From an uncultured bacterium (lineage in GTDB: Bacteria; Babelota; Babeliae; Babelales; Babelaceae), in NCBI GenBank assembly GCA_963846705.1, contig CAWJWZ010000001.1:73922-137921 (forward strand): 64,000 nucleotides of DNA, given 5' to 3'. The notes under the pieces are model-generated. The model made no database searches. It saw nothing but the letters and a program-made list of their open reading frames with translations, and had not been told where the DNA came from. The translations under genes were made by a program, and so were the position numbers. Position 1 is the stretch's first letter, and each line of letters starts with the position of its first letter. Positions 58,513 to 64,000 of the stretch are shown piece by piece.

Positions 58513-60021
58513 TTACGCACGTACAACTGAACGTAGTACCATAAGGTTATATGCTAGAGAGCTTAACTTATTAGCTAACATTTGCGTAGTTTCAACTGGC
58601 TGCTTTTTAGCTTCTTCTAAAATTTTGGCAAGAGCTGGAACTCTTTGAGCATACGTTTCAGCACTATTACCTAATCGATCTTCAATATCAGGGTTAGCAC
58701 CATATTTAATTAATAGTTTAATACTATTTTTAAGAAAACTTTCAATATCTCTCTTTAATTGGTTTGTTATGCTCAATTGCCAATATTGCTGAACAGCGTA
58801 TATAAGAGCTGTTGCACCAGCATTATCTTGCATATCAACTTGAGCACCTTTTTCAAGCAATAACTGTACTAGTTTAGCATTTGGTTCTGGTCTTGATTCA
58901 ACAGCAAGGATTAAAGGTATAGTTTCCTTTACTGGTTCATTTACATTAACTTTAATATCATATAATAACCAACGAACTATTTCTTCATATCCCCTAATAA
59001 TAGCTGCTGCTAGCGGAGTAATACCATCTTTATCAGCTTCAATACGTACTCCTTTAGCAACAAATTTTTTAATAAATTCAGGAGTACCAGCCTTACCAAT
59101 AGCTTCAACAAGTGGTGTTTTTCCTGCACTATCAGGCTTATTTATATATTGATGAGTAGCAGGCTGAGTAGCAAGATTTAGTATAGTTTTTTCTGATTCA
59201 CCTTTTAAAATAGCACGTATAATTGGATTAGTTGAAGCATATGAGAGAACAACTCGCTTAACAGCAGTTTGTTGTCCTTCAATTAATTCTTCTGGTGTTC
59301 TCCCCTTATCATTTTTACTTTGAGGATCTGCTCCAGCATCAACTAATAATTTCATAATTTCTACAGCGTACCCATTATATTTACTTGCTATAACGTGTAG
59401 TGCAGTATTATTATATTTATCCTTCATATTTACTATATCAGCTAAGTTATCTTGCAGAGCTTTATGAAATAATAATGCTCTAACTCCAGTAACAAGCTTT
59501 TGATAATTAATATCAGAGAATGGAAAAAGTATCTCTCTTAATGCCCGTATAAGAGCTGTTCCTTTAAAATGGCCAAACTTTTTATTTATATCTATCTTCT
59601 TGATAATAAGCCAGTTTATTATATCACTATTTCCTGTTATAATGGCTGCCGCTAGTGGCGTATAAGGATCGTATACTTCATCCTCTCTATTAAGATCTAA
59701 ATCAACATATCTTTTAAGAAATGCATTAATAACTTTAGAGTTTCCTTTTATTAAAGCAGCTATAAATGGCAATTGGCCATAACTATCAGGTATATTAAGA
59801 GCTTGCTTATTCGTTGCATTTAATAACTGTATAATTTGACTATCAGGTTGCTTCTTAATAATTGCCCTAGTTAAAGAGTTAGTAGAGTCAAGCTCATACG
59901 GATAAAGATGAGGATTTCTCTCAGTTTCTCCTGCTTTTAGCTTAAAAACTAGAAGTAATAAAACAGCAACAGATACTAGTCTACTTATCTTCATATATAA
60001 TCCACCAAAGTAATACTGCAT
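58513..60021 (-). CDS. Signal-peptide ankyrin-repeat protein, tandem duplicate B
   Basis: 502 aa as listed. Probable true start at MKISRLVSVAVLLLLVFKLKAG. 3' coding end and first nucleotides of the 3' flank are near-identical to duplicate A. Confidence 0.85.
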   Translation of the reverse strand: MQYYFGGLYMKISRLVSVAVLLLLVFKLKAGETERNPHLYPYELDSTNSLTRAIIKKQPDSQIIQLLNATNKQALNIPDSYGQLPFIAALIKGNSKVINAFLKRYVDLDLNREDEVYDPYTPLAAAIITGNSDIINWLIIKKIDINKKFGHFKGTALIRALREILFPFSDINYQKLVTGVRALLFHKALQDNLADIVNMKDKYNNTALHVIASKYNGYAVEIMKLLVDAGADPQSKNDKGRTPEELIEGQQTAVKRVVLSYASTNPIIRAILKGESEKTILNLATQPATHQYINKPDSAGKTPLVEAIGKAGTPEFIKKFVAKGVRIEADKDGITPLAAAIIRGYEEIVRWLLYDIKVNVNEPVKETIPLILAVESRPEPNAKLVQLLLEKGAQVDMQDNAGATALIYAVQQYWQLSITNQLKRDIESFLKNSIKLLIKYGANPDIEDRLGNSAETYAQRVPALAKILEEAKKQPVETTQMLANKLSSLAYNLMVLRSVVRA

Positions 60022-60059
60022 TTATTACACGCTATCAAACGTATATTTTATAAGGCAAT

Positions 60060-60091
60060 AAAAAAAGCTCTTATAGAATATAAGAGCTTTT
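60060..60091 (-). terminator. Rho-independent terminator of hppA
   Basis: 13-bp perfect stem aaaagctcttata / tataagagctttt with 3-nt loop. On the minus strand it is followed by a 7-T run. Confidence 0.7.
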
Positions 60092-60121
60092 ATAAGTTAT
60101 ACTATAAAAAAACTTTATCTG

Positions 60122-62101
60122 TTATTTAAGAGAAACAAGTAATAGTGCAAGTACTGACATAAGCTTAATTAAAATATTAAGTGCAGGACCTGACGTATCT
60201 TTAAATGGATCTCCAACGGTGTCACCAATAACTGCTGCTTTATGTGCATCAGAACCTTTACCGCCTAAATTACCATGTCCAGCTTCAATATACTTTTTAG
60301 CATTATCCCAAGCACCGCCACCATTTGCCATCATAAGAGCCAGCAGTACGCCTACCAGTGTTGCGCCAACTAGTAAACCACCAAGCGCTTCTTTACCAAA
60401 AACATAAAAAGTAACCACTGGTGCTATGACAGTTAGTACACTAGGCAAAATCATCTCACGTAATGACGCTTGCGTGCTAATAGCAATACAACGCTTGTAA
60501 TCAGGTACGGCAGTACCCTCCATAAGTCCGGGAATTTCTCGAAATTGGCGTCGTACTTCTATAACCATTTTTAGTGCTGCGCTACCTACTGAACGCATGG
60601 TAAGTGCTGAAATTAAAAATGGCAATACCCCTCCAAAAAATATGCCTACCAATACTAATGGATTATTAAGATTAAGTACCTCAAGATGAGCAGCTTCAGT
60701 ATACGCTGAAAATATAGCGAGAGCAGTTAAAAGTGCTGATCCTATTGCAAATCCTTTACCCATCGCTGCTGTTGTATTGCCAAGTGCATCAAGCCGATCT
60801 GTTATATCACGCACTGGTTTACCAAAACCTGCCATTTCTGCAATACCACCAGCATTATCAGCAATAGGACCATATGCGTCTACGGTCATACTAATACCTG
60901 TTGTTGCAAGCATTGCTACCGCTGAAAGAGCAACGCCAAATAGTCCCCCGCCTATAGTAAATGAAGCAAGTACCACCAACGCTAAAATAATTACTGGTAA
61001 AGCGGTAGATTCCATCCCAACGGATAAACCATAAATTAAATTAGTAGCTGCACCCGAGCGTGAGCTTTCAGCAATTTTACGAATAGGTCCATGTCCCGTA
61101 TAATACTCAGTTACCAAACCAATGACAATACCAGAAACACACCCTAATACAATAGACCAATACAGTGCATTGTCTATTGCCATAAACTGTATATATATAT
61201 ACGCAGCTGCTAAAAAGAAACCTACTGCTATATAATTTGCATTACGAAGCATAGCTGCGGGATTTGCTTTAATAAGAGCATTTGAAAGTAAACCCACAAA
61301 AGAACCTATAAGCCCTAGCACTGAAAGCATTAAAGGCAACGTAACATATGCCATATCGTGAATATGATGCGTTGTAGCTAAAATAACTGCTGAATACATA
61401 GCACCAACATATGATTCATAAATATCAGCGCCCATCCCTGCAGTATCACCTACACAGTCACCAACGTTATCAGCAATTACCGCAGGATTTCGTGGATCAT
61501 CTTCAGGAATACCAGCCTCTATCTTGCCTACTAAATCGGCACCAACATCAGCTGATTTAGTATAAATTCCGCCCCCTACTCGTGCAAAAAATGCTACCAA
61601 AGATACGCCAAAACCAAAACTCGTTAAGATAGAAAGAAAATCAGGACGGCCAAAAAAGAAATAAAGTACAGAGCCTAAAGTAATAAGTCCAAAACTAGCA
61701 ACTGAAAAACCCATAACGCCACCACCAAAAAAAGCAACTAAAAATGCCGCATGCTCTCCCTGGTTTTTAGCTGCAAGCGTCGTACGTACATTAGCATCAG
61801 TTGCTGCTTTCATGCCAATAAATCCAGTCAACATAGAGAAGATAGCACCACCTACAAAACAGAGCGCTGCCGTTATACTAGAATAAAAAGCAATCACCGC
61901 AGCAGTAAGCACTACAACAAGTGAAATAATTTTATATTCTTCCCGTAAAAAGGTCATTGCACCTGCCTTAATAGCTTTGGCTATTATTCGTGCTTGCTCA
62001 TCGTCTATAGGTAACTGATTAATTCTTTGCAACAACCACCATACTACTGCCAATCCTGCAGCAGCCGTTAATAAGATTGTGGCGAAATACACAACCTGCA
62101 T
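60122..62101 (-). CDS. hppA: Membrane-bound proton-translocating pyrophosphatase, K+-dependent subtype by motif
   Basis: 659 aa, ~16 TM helices. GGG...[14 protein letters not shown] and [14 protein letters not shown] motifs. [10 protein letters not shown] carries the Ala (not Lys) diagnostic of K+-dependent enzymes. Confidence 0.95.
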   Translation of the reverse strand: MQVVYFATILLTAAAGLAVVWWLLQRINQLPIDDEQARIIAKAIKAGAMTFLREEYKIISLVVVLTAAVIAFYSSITAALCFVGGAIFSMLTGFIGMKAATDANVRTTLAAKNQGEHAAFLVAFFGGGVMGFSVASFGLITLGSVLYFFFGRPDFLSILTSFGFGVSLVAFFARVGGGIYTKSADVGADLVGKIEAGIPEDDPRNPAVIADNVGDCVGDTAGMGADIYESYVGAMYSAVILATTHHIHDMAYVTLPLMLSVLGLIGSFVGLLSNALIKANPAAMLRNANYIAVGFFLAAAYIYIQFMAIDNALYWSIVLGCVSGIVIGLVTEYYTGHGPIRKIAESSRSGAATNLIYGLSVGMESTALPVIILALVVLASFTIGGGLFGVALSAVAMLATTGISMTVDAYGPIADNAGGIAEMAGFGKPVRDITDRLDALGNTTAAMGKGFAIGSALLTALAIFSAYTEAAHLEVLNLNNPLVLVGIFFGGVLPFLISALTMRSVGSAALKMVIEVRRQFREIPGLMEGTAVPDYKRCIAISTQASLREMILPSVLTVIAPVVTFYVFGKEALGGLLVGATLVGVLLALMMANGGGAWDNAKKYIEAGHGNLGGKGSDAHKAAVIGDTVGDPFKDTSGPALNILIKLMSVLALLLVSLK

Positions 62102-62244
62102 AAGGACTCCTACTTAATTAAAAAATCATTAAATAATTTTAAGAAGTGATTTATAGCACCTTTTAGCATCTTACTACATAAAAATGCTTTTACAGGATAT
62201 CATTTTTTGTACATACAAGCAAAGTTCTTTAATGGTCTCTAGTT

Positions 62245-63948
62245 CTAGGACCGTGTTTTATATACAAGAAAATGTACACCGGTCACTTTATTATAAAACG
62301 TAATAAGATATCTATCTTCACTTTTAATCACCCAATTACTATCATCCATAAGCGATAGCGTATTTGCTATTTTCTCATATGACTCATTATTAGGCATTAA
62401 TGGAGGATAATCAATATCCCATTTGCTTTTATTAAAAAATTCTTCAACAAGTCCGTAAGCAGACGGCTTACTACTAAAACAATGATGATATACCGTATTT
62501 CTAATAAGATTTTTCCCTGCTGAATACACCCCAATACGAGCTTTTTGTCCTGGAATATGCAGCTCACCAGCTAATAAAGCTGTTGTTCCTCGTTCGTCAT
62601 GTAATATGTATCCCTTTTCAAAAGCAAGATCTATAAGTGCTAGAGGAAGTGTATGTATCTGTACTATATAGTTAAAATTTTGCTCATTTCTATACTCATA
62701 ACCATGTTCAGCAAAAGCTTGCTGAGGGTTGGTAACCCAGGTAATAACAGATAGTGCAATATTATAATTACGTACGTTCGTAGAGCCTATTTTCTGTTGC
62801 ACTGTTTTGGTAGAAGGTTTTATATCTATTATATCTATCTGATTAGGTTGTGTTACCTCTGTGTGCTGTTCAGTATTTTCTGTATGTGCTATTGCAATAG
62901 CAGGTGATGCTTTTTTCTTTTTCTTCTTTTTATGTACAGGATGTAACGGTATATTCTCTACACGTGAATCATTGGTATTGTTCACATTAGATTCAGCTAC
63001 TATTAGTGAAGTAAGTTCAGCATCTGCCTGAGTATACAAGTTATCAAGCCGAGACTGTTCGTTATCATAATAATTTTGGCATACATTTTTTAATGCATCC
63101 AAGCATTTTTTATCATATGATGTATGTTCTTTGACAAACTGTCCTTGTTTATCATTATATATAAGTCTATTAAGATATTTACAACAATCTTTCGTTATAG
63201 TATACCCTCGCGATGCACATTGCTGTATAAACTTATTTTTAAAAGAAGCTATTTGACGTTTGTATCCTATCGCAATTAAGCTATACTTTTCCTGAAGGGT
63301 AAGTGCATTTAGATTTACATTATGTACTATATCAGGCGCATATAGCCTTAAAGATGCAAGTAATACATCTATAAGATTTTCAGTAGCAAGCGCTAATTCA
63401 CGCATAGCTTCGTTTTCACGATGTATGTTAAGCATTGATAGGGCAAATAGTTGCGCTTCACTATCTACTGTTTGGGTATTTACTATCTGTTCTAGCTCTT
63501 GAACTAATTGCTGATCCTGAAAGTAAAGATCAGGAGAAGCATAAATTTCTGTAGCAGATACTTTCAAAAAACGAATAAACCGTAATGCTAATGCAACAGC
63601 ATTCGAAGAATTAAAGGTTTCTTTAATAAGCGTCCCATTCGGATAATTATTATCTTCTACGGTAACGCCTAATTGCTTACCCTGCTTACTTATTTCTCGC
63701 TCTCGTTCCACCGCCCGTACAAATCGTACTACAGCTTTCACTTGGACATTTTGAAGCTTTAGCAATTGAACTAGCTGATTTAACGAGTCCTGATACTGCT
63801 TGTCGTTCTTAGTTTCAAGTAGTTGGCGCAGGTGTAAAATAGGCGTGGTAAATTCATGCTGCATACTATACAGCTGCATATTGCCTATGCTTACACTGAT
63901 AAGTACGCTCAAAAGTATGTGTATATAGATATTAGTAAACATCACCAT
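62245..63948 (-). CDS. Signal-peptide hypothetical protein with internal poly-Lys tract
   Basis: 567 aa. Leader IHILLSVLISVSIG. HKKKKKKKA tract. No recognised domain. Confidence 0.55.
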   Translation of the reverse strand: MVMFTNIYIHILLSVLISVSIGNMQLYSMQHEFTTPILHLRQLLETKNDKQYQDSLNQLVQLLKLQNVQVKAVVRFVRAVEREREISKQGKQLGVTVEDNNYPNGTLIKETFNSSNAVALALRFIRFLKVSATEIYASPDLYFQDQQLVQELEQIVNTQTVDSEAQLFALSMLNIHRENEAMRELALATENLIDVLLASLRLYAPDIVHNVNLNALTLQEKYSLIAIGYKRQIASFKNKFIQQCASRGYTITKDCCKYLNRLIYNDKQGQFVKEHTSYDKKCLDALKNVCQNYYDNEQSRLDNLYTQADAELTSLIVAESNVNNTNDSRVENIPLHPVHKKKKKKKASPAIAIAHTENTEQHTEVTQPNQIDIIDIKPSTKTVQQKIGSTNVRNYNIALSVITWVTNPQQAFAEHGYEYRNEQNFNYIVQIHTLPLALIDLAFEKGYILHDERGTTALLAGELHIPGQKARIGVYSAGKNLIRNTVYHHCFSSKPSAYGLVEEFFNKSKWDIDYPPLMPNNESYEKIANTLSLMDDSNWVIKSEDRYLITFYNKVTGVHFLVYKTRS

Positions 63949-64000
63949 AACCTCACATTTTAAAAATTAATAAAATATAGAATTTTATAGATACTTATAC

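Noticed and set aside
62920-62945. Poly-Lys coding A-rich tract as a phase-variation switch
   Set aside because: The A-runs are interrupted by G every 5-6 nt (aaaaagaagaaaaagaaaaaag), so slipped-strand mispairing potential is low.
1-64000. Search for tRNA, rRNA, CRISPR arrays, IS elements and prophage genes
   Set aside because: I read all intergenic gaps over 80 nt (e.g. 15986-16199, 21224-21399, 33060-33320, 46461-46647, 54484-54811) and found no cloverleaf-compatible GC-rich 75-nt segment. I found no direct-repeat/spacer array, and no transposase or integrase ORF. Repetition in the window is protein-coding (ANK, Sel1, WD40, paralogue array).

Overview
This 64-kb chromosomal window comes from an AT-rich bacterium (roughly one-third GC by eye; codons ATA, TTA and AAA are heavily used). 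It carries hallmarks of a host-associated or intracellular lifestyle. The long RpoD (634 aa, acidic N-terminal region 1.1) points to Proteobacteria, but I cannot assign a genus. The usual division/cell-wall cluster is broken up: mraY and murB sit alone among unrelated genes.

Housekeeping islands:
- pheT (partial, runs off the left edge)
- an overlapping operon trhO-murB-yhhQ(like)-tgt-trmH(family)-permease
- mraY
- mnmG
- lgt-dnaG-rpoD followed by corC/tlyC
- tkt
- glk-pgi
- nrdAB
- hppA

Between these lies an unusually dense set of signal-peptide proteins with eukaryote-like domains: four ankyrin-repeat proteins (two are tandem duplicates), a WD40 protein, an LRR protein, an 1850-aa Sel1/TPR giant, a seven-repeat delta-60 (propeller-type) protein, a cyanovirin-N homology (CVNH) lectin, and an Msp1/ATAD1-architecture AAA ATPase.

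Other stand-out features:
- a five-gene tandem array of diverged paralogues (1782-6755) with an invariant hydrophobic core motif
- a cluster of small exported proteins around a convergent AAA/SPFH pair (29.2-34 kb)
- three exported thioredoxin paralogues flanking nrdAB
- a 46-aa Cys-rich micro-ORF, not in the supplied ORF track, whose stop overlaps the start of an exported-protein gene
- several clean rho-independent and bidirectional terminators

I found no rRNA, tRNA, CRISPR array, transposase, integrase or prophage genes.
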